This document shows positions 28,096 to 40,161 of a DNA stretch of 64,000 nucleotides, piece after piece. The notes under the pieces are model-generated. The model was not told the origin of the DNA, ran no database searches, and worked only from the letters and a program-made list of their open reading frames with translations. Both the position numbers and the translations under genes were made by a program. How positions within the stretch are numbered: position 1 is the stretch's first letter; each line of letters starts with the position of its first letter. The stretch covers positions 6,324,001 through 6,388,000 of the forward strand of contig OZ059899.1 of assembly GCA_964057225.1 (NCBI GenBank), in the 5' to 3' direction. This DNA comes from Auanema rhodensis (Eukaryota; Animalia; Nematoda).

Positions 28096-29446
28096 ATGAT
28101 AGCTAACGTTTTCAAACTTATTATTTTTACCATCGTTTTTCTTTTAATCCTTGCTGGAAGTTCATTTATCCTATCAGAGTATGTTCTATAATGATAAATT
28201 AATATAAAGGTTATAATATTTGGACAGATATATATACGATTCTGAATGGCGGTGGGAAATTCGGAATATTGAAGAACTTAAAAATTTATTTTCTCAAGAT
28301 TCTAACCGTCGCTTTATGGATTCTGGAGAATTACATTCATTATTAGAAGAAGAACCAACAAAAAATGAGCTTCAAGGTTTGTTAAGATTAGTTTTCTCCA
28401 AAAATTTTATTATCCTATGAAATAAATAGATACAATTTTTAATTTTTCTGTAGTTGTATCAACACCAAAGTAGTATTTAACGTAACAGTTCTATTATATG
28501 TATATCCTAGATTTTATGGCAGCACTATTTGATTCATACTATCCTTCAAAACGAATTGAAGAGCCCGAAACTGAAATACGATGGACAAGGGGAAGCAGGT
28601 GAATAAGAATTAAAGCCTGAACCTTCCCCATGCTTTTTTTAGTTTATGGCTCATAGTCTCTGAATCTCTACTTTCAAGAAATAACAGAAAACTTCGTATA
28701 AACTTCCTTGGAACTCATATATTTATACTTGCCATTAGAGTGTTAGGTTCCGCATTTGCTATTATAACTATAGGTGAGGGTATTATAAAGTATCTAAATG
28801 TTTATTGAATAAAGGTTCAATGGCATATGGAATATACTTTACATTTGAAATCTTTCTTGGCCTTTGTCTTGGTCTAGGCATAACTCCGAAGCCTGAAATA
28901 ATACTAACACGTAAATATCAGAAAAAAATGATAATTCGAGATGTCTCGTTGATTATTGTTGCCATTATAAATATGGTGATTACTATAATAATTGGTAATA
29001 TAATATTCATAAAAGTACAATTAATTTGATTTTTTTCAGGAAGTCACACATATAAGCGATTCAGGAACACTAGTTTCAATAATGCTTACTCAAATGTTTT
29101 CTTTAGACAAGCCTCTTTGTATAACAAAGATCTCACGGAGGATGGTGTTGATAAAGTAACAATGACTATGGCGACAAAACAATAATATTTCTTTAGATAA
29201 CTTATTCTGAAGCTTTATATTTGATATCACTAAGCTTGCTTCTTCATACAGCAACAACTCTAATAATATTCTCTTTTGCAAATTTGTATCGATCTTGGAA
29301 ATTCTCTGGAAACGTAATTCTTACAAACGATGAATACCGTGAAGTTCTTCGTAAACGAGGTATACTTTCACAAGCAGGTATTTTGTGTCAGTTGTATAAA
29401 CTTATAAACTAATCCACTTACAGATGAGAAAGATAAAATGGAATAA
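28096..29446 (+). CDS. Multi-exon multi-pass membrane protein of unknown function (~300 aa)
   Basis: Phase-consistent GT-AG exons: MIANVFKLIIFTIVFLLILAGSSFILSE|YIYDSEWRWE...|DFMAALFDSYYP...|LWLIVSESLL...|SMAYGIYFTFEIFLG...|SHTYKRF...|ITYSEALYLISL...|DEKDKME*; several hydrophobic segments. Confidence 0.8.
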
Positions 29447-29583
29447 TGTATACTACTGTTTCTCAAAATTTATTGAAATTTCATATCTTTATTTTAAAAA
29501 ATCATCATATGTAAAATGAAGTAGCACTAGTTTTAAACTAAACACCCGTTGAAAATAACAAAGAAAAAATAACAAATCAAAAA

Positions 29584-30989
29584 CTAATCATACAATCGAG
29601 GCCATGCTGGGCGCATCGCGTCATAATCATCGGATTTTTGAATGGTTCCAAGACAATCTACAACTTCTTTATCCATGCTTACATCAGTTGGTGACCCTTC
29701 TGTTACAACATGTTCATCCTCTTTTACAGATAAAAGTTTCCTTCAAAACCACAGTGCGATTTCAATATATATATATATATATATATATATATGCTTACCT
29801 GCATAAACTTATATTTCGAATAACGTTTTGTAGATTGATCTGCTTCTCTAACAGAGCATGTTCTGCAAATAAAGGTCCCATAGATTTTCTGAAAATTTAT
29901 ATATATATATTTTTTTTTAATTCGAAATGAATTTAAAAAACCTTTGTAAACGAACACAACTGGCTGTGGTACCTAAGCTCACTCCAATCTCATGTATGAA
30001 GCATCTAAATTATATTCATTCACTTTCATATGAATTGATATATTTTCTCACCTTAAATAATTATCAGTTTCCCCAACAGCCTGTACATTTAAAGCAAAAA
30101 ATGGTGGATCAAAGTTAGTTAGTTCAATTTTATAAATAAGTTGAGCTCCGGGTAATTTGGCTCGCGGTAATCCTTTCCGAGCTATTTCAAAGGCTTCAGA
30201 ACTCTTAAATACAATGAAATACTACAGTAAATACTGATTCTAACTGCTTACTTGAAGATCAACCTCAGCCGTTTCGAATGCTGCTTTCTTAAACTGAGCT
30301 TCTACACGAGTAACTAGTTTAAGCATTCTGTGTCTTGTAACATGAGCTGAGCAAAATTAAAAATAAATATTCATAATGATAGCAAACGAACAGTAATCAG
30401 CTTTCAAGGTAACTCTTCCTTTAATTTCATGCCTCGATGTTTCTCTACCTAACACTCCCTCTAGTCTATATTCATTCACCATTGAACGGGAAAGAAGTAT
30501 TGGTATTTCATCACAACTTCCATTAATCGCAAAAACTAAAAGATGATTTTGCCTTTCTGATAAGATTGATAAACTTACGACAAACACCTGAACTGGTACT
30601 TTCCATATGAGTAAGCTCTTCTATCCTTAAATCCTCAGGTCTAAAAGCGTCCCCAGATACTAATGGATGCAATCTTTTATATAATTTAAATTAACTTGTT
30701 ACAAAAAATCAAAGCCTACAGGTAATCTTGTTGCTCTTTCTGACCTACTACAACCAAAGCCCCTGAGCTGTGGGGCTCAACAATGGGAACCATTATACTT
30801 GGATAAGGACGTGGTAACATCTGAGAACGATGGCATTATATTTTTCGCAAGAAAAAATCTTGCCAATTGATTTCCATCAGCACATATTCTTTTCACTAAG
30901 ATCTTTTTCAACCCAGACATTGAAAGTTCCACTGGCTTGTAAATACATAGTAAACCATCAATAGCAGCCCACAATTTTCTGGTACCCAT
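29584..30989 (-). CDS. TRUB2-like (TruB-family) mitochondrial pseudouridine synthase homolog
   Basis: GLLCIYKP (motif I), HPLVSG, MESTSSGVC (motif II region), YRLEGVLGRET. Spliced model ends ...MRPAWPRLYD*. Intron 1 is GC-AG. Confidence 0.85.
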
Positions 30990-31097
30990 CTAATACAATA
31001 GTTTTTACAAGTGTCTCTATCTTTACCTCAGTTAATATATGGAATAAAACCCCAATAAAAAACATCGAGAAACAAATAACAATTTATTGCATAACAA

Positions 31098-32130
31098 TTA
31101 AGCCTTCTTTTGGGCCATACGCTTATCACGTTCTTCGGCGATAGAGAGACGGATACCCTTTCCAGCTGGAAGAGAGACGAGAGCTTTGGTTCCTTTTCCA
31201 ATAACGAAAACGTTGGTGACACTGAAAATTAATAATAAACATTAAGTTTTTCCAGGACCCTAGTCATTCACTTTGGAAATTTCAGGTCCCGTAAAAATTG
31301 AAAACAAGCGGACTTAACTGGACCGGATGTTATGGCATAGCCCCCCGGCCTTCTTCCCCCTTGCCGTATTTACTCACCGAGTGGCGAAGGAGTGTCCAGC
31401 AGCATCCTTGATGTGGATGATGTCGAAGGCTCCTGGGAGTTTTTCTCTGTGTCCGATGATTCCAACACGACCAACGTTACGTCCTCCAGTAACCATAGCC
31501 AAATTTCCGGGCTCGAACTTGACGAAATCGGTAATTTTTCCATTGTTAACATCGAAGACGATGGTGTCGTTGACCTTAAACAGTTATCATGCCTAACTTT
31601 CAGTATTGAAAACCAAACCTTGACGTGTGGGTCTGGGTATCTGATGGTGCGTCCATCAGTGGTGGTAAGGTATGGGATACCCTTAACGGCAGTGCTGAGA
31701 GCTCTAACCTTGCAGAGCTTGAATGCTCCTTCAGCAGCGGTAATTCTGTGGGTGGTGAAACGTCCCTTAGCATCATAGAGAAGACGGAAAGTCTCGTTGG
31801 TTCTCTCAATAGAGATGACATCTATATTAAAAAACAAAAGTTCGTAAAAAAATTAAAAATTAAATTACCCATGAACCCAGCTGGGTACTTATGGTCAGTG
31901 CGGATCTTTCCATCAACGCGGATGACTCTTTGCTTCAGGATCTTCTTAACCTCAGTGTAGTTGAGGGCATACTTCAGACGGTTACGGAGGAAAAGGTTGA
32001 GGGGAAGACACTCACGGAGCTTGTGAGGTCCGCAACGTGGACGAACGGCGAAGACTCCACCGAGCTTGTCAAGCATCCAGTGGCTTGGAGCTGCCAAGCG
32101 CTTCAAATGCTTCTTTGGACCACGGGCCAT
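31098..32130 (-). CDS. rps-4: 40S ribosomal protein S4 (eS4), 4 exons
   Basis: [25 protein letters not shown]...[20 protein letters not shown]; introns 31822-31868, ~44 nt near 31575-31618, and 31222-31377. Confidence 0.99.
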
Positions 32131-32149
32131 TTTCTAATTGTACCGCAAG

Positions 32150-32550
32150 CTAAAACAAAGAACTCTATAGACTTCAACAAAATATATGATATAACAAGAT
32201 AAAACAAAATAAAATGAAAAGTATCCACATATATAAAATAATATTGTAAAAATTCCGAAATTGTTGCACTGAAAATTTTGGGCTAGTAGAAACTCTAGAG
32301 AACACGGTAAAACAAGTTCCGCGCGGGACCTATTTTTTAGTCCTTTAATTGCTTTTCGTTGTAGTTAAGCCCATTAACTCTGTATTTTCATTTTAACGCT
32401 TAAATTTAAAATTTAAAAATTGGATTTCATTAATTTTGTATAAGAATTAAAATTTATTTTGTTTTATGCATTTTTTCCTTGGAATTTGTAAACGTCGATT
32501 TGTTTGATAGTATTTACTCTTTCATTGGATAATTTATGTTATAATCCTAG
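32150..32550. promoter_or_regulatory. Bidirectional housekeeping promoter between rps-4 and rpb-12
   Basis: Head-to-head ATGs 427 bp apart, a central CCGCGCGG CpG motif (~32319-32326) in AT-rich DNA, and AG acceptors (probable trans-splice sites) just before both ATGs. Confidence 0.7.
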
Positions 32551-32556
32551 TTAGAT

Positions 32557-32841
32557 ATGGACGGAGGTGTAACTCCAATGCCTGGCGGATCTGCCGTAGT
32601 GAAAACAAACAGTATGATTTATATCTGTGGAGGTAGAACATTCATTTTAATTATCATAAGTCTTGGTTTTTAGAATGTCATAGTGAGAATGAAATAAGGC
32701 CTAAAGATGCTATTAGATGCAGAGAATGCGGTTATCGTATTTTATATAAAAAGCGTTGTAGGAAATGTAAGATTTATCTTGAAATTGTTTATTAAATTAT
32801 TTATTTTAAAACTTTCAGTGATGGTATACGACGCTAGATAA
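32557..32841 (+). CDS. rpb-12: RNA polymerase I/II/III shared subunit RPABC4/RPB12, 3 exons
   Basis: MDGG...MIYICG|[31 protein letters not shown]|LMVYDAR*: CxxC...CxxC zinc ribbon and C-terminal DAR. Confidence 0.97.
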
Positions 32842-33119
32842 ATGTTCTCAATATGTACAGTTTGTTTCTTGTTCACATAATGTTGTGTTGTTATATTGTT
32901 TGAAATAAAGTTTTCCGCCATTGTGTACATTTTTATATTTCTTTTAAAAAATAAATATTACGTATTACAAATATTGTACGTAGTCGTGGTCTGATCCGTG
33001 ATTATGATCATTACAAAATGTCTTATTATATCAGTCCCGCTGCTTATCGTTCTGACCTCTTCAAATTCACTTCAGTTGTTCACTGTTGTGCATGACATGG
33101 TGTAGCAGCTTTTTGGAAA

Positions 33120-35484
33120 ATGGTCACTGTAAGGTTATTTTCTCTTTTCTTAGTGTACCTTTACACGCTTATCGATTGACAGATATTTTATCACCGTAAT
33201 TACTGTTGTTCTTGGGGGAAGTGCACAATTCTATAGTTACGGGGTGGTCAATCCAGCTCAACCTCTTCTTACATCCTGGATTAATCAAACTTACATCGAG
33301 AGGTTATTTTGTATTAGGTCGTTTGTTGATTGTTGAATAAGTTTTTAGGTATGGAGTACCTTTAACTTTAACATTATCAAATATAATTTGGTCACTTATT
33401 GTATCTAGCATTGCCGTAGGTGCTATTTTAGGTGCATCACTAACTAGGTTATTCCGGCTTTAATAAAAATTGATAAACTTTTTTTAAGACTTGTCGCAGA
33501 GCGTGCCGGGCGTAGAAATGGATTGATAGCTAATGGTATAGTTAATGTGTTCGGTGCATTACTAGAACTTCTATCGAAATCCTCAAAGTTTGAAACTAAG
33601 TTGTAATTGTCTAATGTTCTTTTCAGTTCTCCCGAGCTACTGATCCTGGGGCGTTTTATATTTGGAATTAACATGGGTCTTACCTCCGGGCTAGTTCCGA
33701 TGTATTTAATGGAAATTACACCATCAAAATATCGTGGCCCTGCTGGAACTCTTCATCAGGTTTGTATTTCGATTTAAATTCAGAATGTTTAATCATATAT
33801 ATAGATATATCTTCATTTTTGAGTTTTCAGGTTGCTGTAGCTTTTTCTGACTGGTTTTCATTGTTGATTGGCTTACCAGAGGTTTTTAGTTGTACTGGAA
33901 ACGTTTATATTTAATTTTAGGTGCTTGGTGGAGAAGAGACCTGGCCATTAGCTTTCGCTTTTCCTGGTCTAATGGCCTTAGCTTTATGTATTATATTACC
34001 ATTTTGTCCAGAATCACCAAAATACACGTTAAGTACTGTTGGCGATCGAGATCAAGTAGAAAATTCATGCAGTTTTTTTTATTGATTTTAACAAATTTCA
34101 GACACTGATTGATATAAAACGACTTGTCGGAGATGAACGAGCCAAGGTGATGTTTGAATCTCTTATTCGAGAGATCGCACTTGAAAAGGTAGCTTTAATT
34201 TCTCTATTTATGATGTAACTATTTGAATTCTTTTCTAATATCAGTTCATATTTAGAGTGGCACTGGGACATTTAAAGAATTATTTACTCGAAAAGACTTA
34301 CGCATTCCTTTAATAGTCTCTATTTTGGTAATGATAGCCCAACAATTTACTGGTTGTACAGCAGTATTTGCTTACTCAACGGATATGTTCATTAATGCGA
34401 AGCTAACGCCGTTAGAACATAATTCAATTTAATATTTGAAATATTATTGTTCCAGAGATATAGCGCGATACAGTACATTAGCTATTGGTGTTGTATATTT
34501 CTTATTCGCTTGTATGGCACCATATCTGATTGAAAAGGTAGGACATGTGATAGATACCTCTAATTTGTTTACTTTTTTTTACAATTGTTTGGTTTTTTAG
34601 AGTAGGAATTTGTTTTTCTCACACTTTAAGAGAATTTATTTTTTCTTTTCTTATCGTTAGTTTTTTTAAGGTTGGACGTCGTCCTTTATCACTTTTCCAG
34701 CTGACAAGTTGTCTTTTTGCTCTCATACTATTAACCATCTTCACATACCTTCAAAATTACTGGAACGTGAGTCTGTTTCTCAGTAGGCAAAAAGAAGTTT
34801 TTCTGTGCTAGGTATCTTGGGCCAGCTATGGAACCATAGTAGCCTTGGTTTTTTATATGTGTGTATATGGTGTAGGTTCACCAATTCCTTGGATGATAAC
34901 TAGCGAGCTATTTAACCAGCAGGTATTTTTTCGTTTGAGCGTTTGATCTAATGAATTTCACAAATTGGTCATTGCGATCAAGTTCTAATTTAATTTGTTT
35001 GATTTAACAATACGAATGGCAGCATTTTAAGTTTCACTTTCAGTTCCGCGCTACAGCAGTGACTGTATCCGTCTTTGTAGCTTGGACATTTGCTTTCATA
35101 ATCTCCTTAGCTTATCTACCGTTTCAGCAGGTTTTCCAAAGTTATATTAAAATTAATGATTTGAAATTTTTAGCTTGTCGGTGTATCGTTTAGTTATCTG
35201 CCATTTATTTTCGTAATTTCAATAAGCATTGTGCTTATGTTTATTCTATTACCTGGTAATCTTATTAATTATAATTATTAAACGTTTTAATTTCATTATT
35301 TTCAGAAACCAGAGATCGACCAATTGAAAATATTGTTCAGGAATTCCGTCATCGACAAGCTTCCTTATCAAGTGGACGACCGTGGGAAGCTGGTAGATCT
35401 GATAGTAGAGCTGAGATGCAACAACTCATTGAAAGTGTCCAAAATAGAATTAATTATTCTAGCACTAGCTTAGAATCATTTTAA
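33120..35484 (+). CDS. MFS sugar-porter (GLUT/SLC2-like) transporter
   Basis: [57 protein letters not shown] and PETR motifs across phase-consistent exons. As I recall, the neighbour of C. elegans sms-2 is also a sugar porter (F53H8.3). Confidence 0.93.
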
Positions 35485-36333
35485 CATTTTATACCTTTAT
35501 ACATTTACTCATTTTCATACTTAACCTTTGCTTTTACCAATTTTAATATTTTTCATTTTTCACGCTTTAATTAATAAAATAATAGTAACAATAATAAGTG
35601 CTTTCTAACATCATAACCAGATTTTATGCGTAATAGTGATAAAGCAGAATTGAGTTAAGATTAGCAAAAGAAATAGCTTGAACAAACAGAAATCCTGTGT
35701 TTTGAAAATATATTTCTCAAAAATCTTCAAGTTGTCTAGCTTTTTTTAATGCGAAATTTTCGCCTACTGTATGTGGGTTCATTTACGTACTCAAAAATCG
35801 CCTTAACACATATATCTACTAGCCGTTGGTTTGCACATAGTTTTTCTATTTATTTAACATAATTAGATGTTTTCTTATTTTTGATTAGAAAATTAGCGTT
35901 TTTTAATTATGAATTCCATTCAGCATTGACTAGCATAACTCGATCGTTTGTTTATAATTTAGTGGAATGCTTGTTTATTTTTCGTGTGGGTTCATAACAA
36001 AACTATCGAAAAGTCAATTTTTTTATTTTCCCATGAGTTGTCGTGCTTTTCATTTTAAAAGGTTCTGTATTTTCTCTATATTATGGATATTTTCAAACTC
36101 AAGTATGCATCATTTTTCTATATGCTCCTTTTTGAAATTGCCATTCATATCCTTATCTGATTTTTTAGAAATATTTTATTGGAATTCTAGTTTACAGCTC
36201 TATTGCTATTTACTTGTATTGTTTATACTTTTTTCATTTGATAACAGGTTCTATTCGTTATCTTGCTTCTTGTCTCTTACATGTTTTCTACATGGGATTG
36301 TCGGCAACTCACTTTGGGTTTTTTAGGTCCTTG

Positions 36334-37755
36334 ATGGGTGGCCATCGAAGGGATCAAAGTGATAGCCACGTTCCCTTAAGGCCATCTTCTGAACTTGGAA
36401 TTGAAGGAACCGAGCTGCAGGTACGTAAACCCTTTCCCTAGCTTTTTAATTATAAGTTCTTTGTGTTTTCATCTGTACTAACAGTCACGAGTTTAGGTCC
36501 GGATCGATTCTTCTAGACCAACTTTAAGCTCAGGAGCCATGATTGGCAATAGGTGTAATGGAATTGCCATTAATATCGATCCTTCTGATCCTGACCACAC
36601 AAGATCGAAAGTGGTTTGTTTGTTTGGTGGAATAATTTTTGACAAGCTTTGACCTTTAGGAAGTAATTGAACGAAAATCAGAAGGACTAAAAACTGTGAT
36701 AGCATTTTTCTGTCTGATGATTTCAGCTTTCCTCAATTTTTTCCTTTTGACAGTTATTCATGATGTTGTTCCTCGACAACCATTACCTGATCTCACTTTT
36801 ATGATCATACCTCAACAACAATGGGCTTGGTCTGTAGGTGACGTGCTATCCACTGTCAGGTTAGTTATAAAACTTTATTAATTTTTAAATATTGTGTGTT
36901 TTTGTTTAGCTCAATCATAGGCTTCACTGTTGTGCTACTGCATCACGAAAGATGGGTAGTATTGAGACGAATGTTCTTATTAGGAGCTATTTTATATGGC
37001 CTTCGAGCTCTTATTCTTGGAGTAAGTGAAATATATTTTACTATTAAACATACTGGTATTAGGTCACATTTCTTCCTCCATCATTTCATAATCGTGATGA
37101 GATTTGTCAGCCTCAGGTAAACCGCACAGCGATGTATGGAATGGAAATTGCCACCAGGTTCTTTATTCGACAATACCTTTTATTTGCAATTGTTATTTTA
37201 AGATTCGTAACTTATGTTGTGACACTAGGTCTAACATCTGGTCAAGAGAAGATTTTATGCGGAGATTTAATGTTTAGCGGGCATACTGTTGTTCTAACAA
37301 TAATGTATTTCGTACAACTTCAATATACTCCTCGTGGTCTCGTTCTTCTAAGGTTTTTTTTCTGAATACTAATGTTGCTTAACTGTGTTTGTTCTACAGA
37401 TATATAGCCGCTCCTATCACATTTTTGGGAATAGCTGCGTTAGTAGTATCTGGAGGCCATTATACAATGGATGTCTTAATAGCCTATTGGCTTACTTCAC
37501 ATGTATTTTGGGGTTACCACCAGGTGTTCGAAATGCGGAAGGAGGAAAGATCGAAAGCACCTCTTAGTAGATTGTGGTACATTGCCATAGTTCAAAAGCC
37601 TTATCTAATTGCACCCTTTCAGGTGGTTCTGGCTGTGTTATTGGTTTGAGTCCGATGTACCACACGGACAGCTTGAAAACAAATGGGATTGGCCTTTATC
37701 AGGACCTACACAACTTCATGTATTAATGGAGAAAATGAACCGTTATCTCAAATAA
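36334..37755 (+). CDS. sms-2: Sphingomyelin synthase (phosphatidylcholine:ceramide cholinephosphotransferase)
   Basis: PLPDL (D1), RR...YGLRA..GVTFLP (D2), CGDLMFSGHT (D3), HYTMDVLIAY (D4) with an intact H/H/D triad; near-identical to recalled C. elegans SMS-2. Confidence 0.93.
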
Positions 37756-38943
37756 GTGAAACAACGAAAAAGCTGAGTTGTGATTCGTTATAATTATTCG
37801 GTATTGGTTAATAATGGTAATGTTTGCCGGTGTTTTATGCTGCCTTTTCATGACTTTGTGCTTAATATCTTGTTTATTTTCGGTTAACCATGATTGTATT
37901 ATTTAAACACGGCCTCTTTGAAGCCTGGCCAATTCTGCCCTAAGATCTCTTGCCTTATAAAAGCGTGCTAATAATGCAATAGTTGAAAAATTGCCATAAT
38001 ACCCACAACCGTTCCCTGTCTGCTTTTTCCTTTTTACAGTTTTGTATATGCTGTTTTCAACGTCAGCTATGCCGGTGATATTGTTCTCATTGCCTATTTT
38101 CTTTTGAGATTCGTTGTTCGTCATGACAATCTTAATCCAGTTGTGCTTTTAGTTTACGGGAGCAATATATATATTAGCCAAAGTTTTTCATTGCCTATCT
38201 CAAAAATATCTTTCTTAATTGATGTTTCTTGTCTCCTTTTTTTGTAAATTTGCTCCTGAGCCACCATCCTTGCCTATTTCCATCAATAATCGCGTTGATG
38301 TTGTATAGCATTTTGTGAAATCAAATAATACTGGTACTAAATGTTTTATTAATCAATAAGCTATGATATCACTGAGATCGTATAATAACACTACGGCGGG
38401 AGTCACACTCTCCTTCCGAATAATTCGAAGACACACCCGAAGAACTACACTGCAACGGGAAAGAGCTGGGATTTAGCCTTAAAATTCTGTCATGTACTGT
38501 ACTATAGATAATTGGCATTGCTGTTTCACTGGGATCTACAAATACTTGTTTTACTAACCAATTTATTATTCATAATGCCTTACCTGGATCCGGAATAGCT
38601 ACAACTATAAGAAGCAATGGAAAGGAGAACATAATGATGCGAGAAATTAGAAAAACTAAAGAAACGATGAGATTATAAAGGATTGATCAAGTTTTCCGTT
38701 CTGGGAGGAGCTCGAACACCGTTCAAAATCCCATTACTATCGAGGTCAATGTAGAAAGTAAGTCAATACCATTGCTTTTCGATTTTATTAAGTTACATGA
38801 TACTCATTATATACAAAATTCTTTAAGGAGCTTAGCTCAATGTGAAGCAGCCCAAATAACCCAGTAAGCTAACGACACAGGAAACAACAGTTCGTACCAA
38901 GTGAAAAATTAAAGCCTTTAAACGAGTATTATTCACAAGTAGA

Positions 38944-40161
38944 TTAAGAACGAGAACGAGAGCGTCGATAAACAGGACTTCTGCTTCTACTGAAACAATA
39001 AAAAATAAACATCTAAAAATGAATATTTACATACACTTTTCTTCCCCTATTAGGACCATCCGTTACAGAAAAGTCAACACGCACCTTGGCACCATCAATC
39101 ACAGCATCGGTCATAGCTCTTTTAGCCTAGATAATGGAAAATAACAAAAATTTCACAAATTTGACATACATCTTCGGCATCTCTAACATCATCGAAATAA
39201 ATAAAACCAAAACCACGACTACGACCACTGTGATGATCACGGATGATTTTAATCTAAAAAGGTTATTAAATTCAAGAAATATAATTAAGATTACGTTGTC
39301 GATTTCACCGTATTTTTCAAAAAGTTTTTGTAGCGAGCGTTCAGAGGTATCTAAACTCATGCCGAATATTCCCAGACATCTAAATTAAGAAAATTAGCAA
39401 GCAATAAAATATATTGTGAAACCTGCAAGGATCCGGCTTTTCACGACCATCCCTGTACTTGCGTTGATGGCGGCCATATCCATCACCACGTCCACGATAT
39501 TCACGAGGGGATCTGCTACGACTATAAGCAATAAATAAAAAAAAACGAAAATAATTCTATATAAGTTGGTAAAATTTTTGTCATAACACACAGTCAGAAA
39601 ATAGTTTCATATATGTTACATTAGTTATATTGATTGCCATGCACCCTATTTACCGTATAGTACACGACGAGAAGGCAATTATTCTTTTCATTGACCAACT
39701 TTAATTGATTGGATATTTGAAATCTTCCAACTTATTGTCTGAGCTTGTAAAATTGCCAATTAAGCGCTAATTTTAGTAACTGGCCACATAATAAGTTCAT
39801 TGATTTGAAAATAACTGATTCGCCTAAACTGAAGTCATAAATGCTGCAGTAAAGGGTGGCAAGCAGTTGGCAATCAGCGAGACGAAAAGTATAAAATAAT
39901 AATAAAAAGCGTAACACACCTTCTATAGCGTCTTCTTGGACTATACTTGCTCGATCTATAACGTTTGGGGGATCTCGACAGACTTCTGGAACGTGATCGT
40001 TTGGGTGAACAAGATCGTGAACGGGATCTTGAAAACTTTCGCCTAAACAGAGTCATATGTAACTTAAAGAAAGATAAAATAAACTTTTCAGGACTACGGG
40101 TAGGAGATCTTGAACGTGAGGCACTTCTTGCCCGAGGGTTAGGCGATGGTGAACGTGACAT
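38944..40161 (-). CDS. rsp-8: TRA2/transformer-2-type SR-like splicing factor (RS-RRM-RS)
   Basis: N-terminal RS repeats, REKPDPCRCLGIFGMS (RNP2), SGRSRGFGFIYF (RNP1), IDGAKVRVDFS and a C-terminal RS tail. Non-coding 5' exon at 40211-40308. Confidence 0.9.

Noticed and set aside
28453-28468. Micro-exon in the 133-nt intron of the membrane-protein gene
   Set aside because: No donor preserves the phase-1 frame; direct joining of the flanking exons works
31240-31366. H/ACA or C/D snoRNA call for the rps-4 intron hairpins
   Set aside because: No ANANNA hinge box or terminal ACA, and the CUGA/UGA motifs are in the wrong order for C/D; kept only as an unexplained structure
31327-32202. Plus-strand ORFs of 89-128 aa over rps-4
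   Set aside because: Antisense shadows of a codon-biased, highly expressed gene
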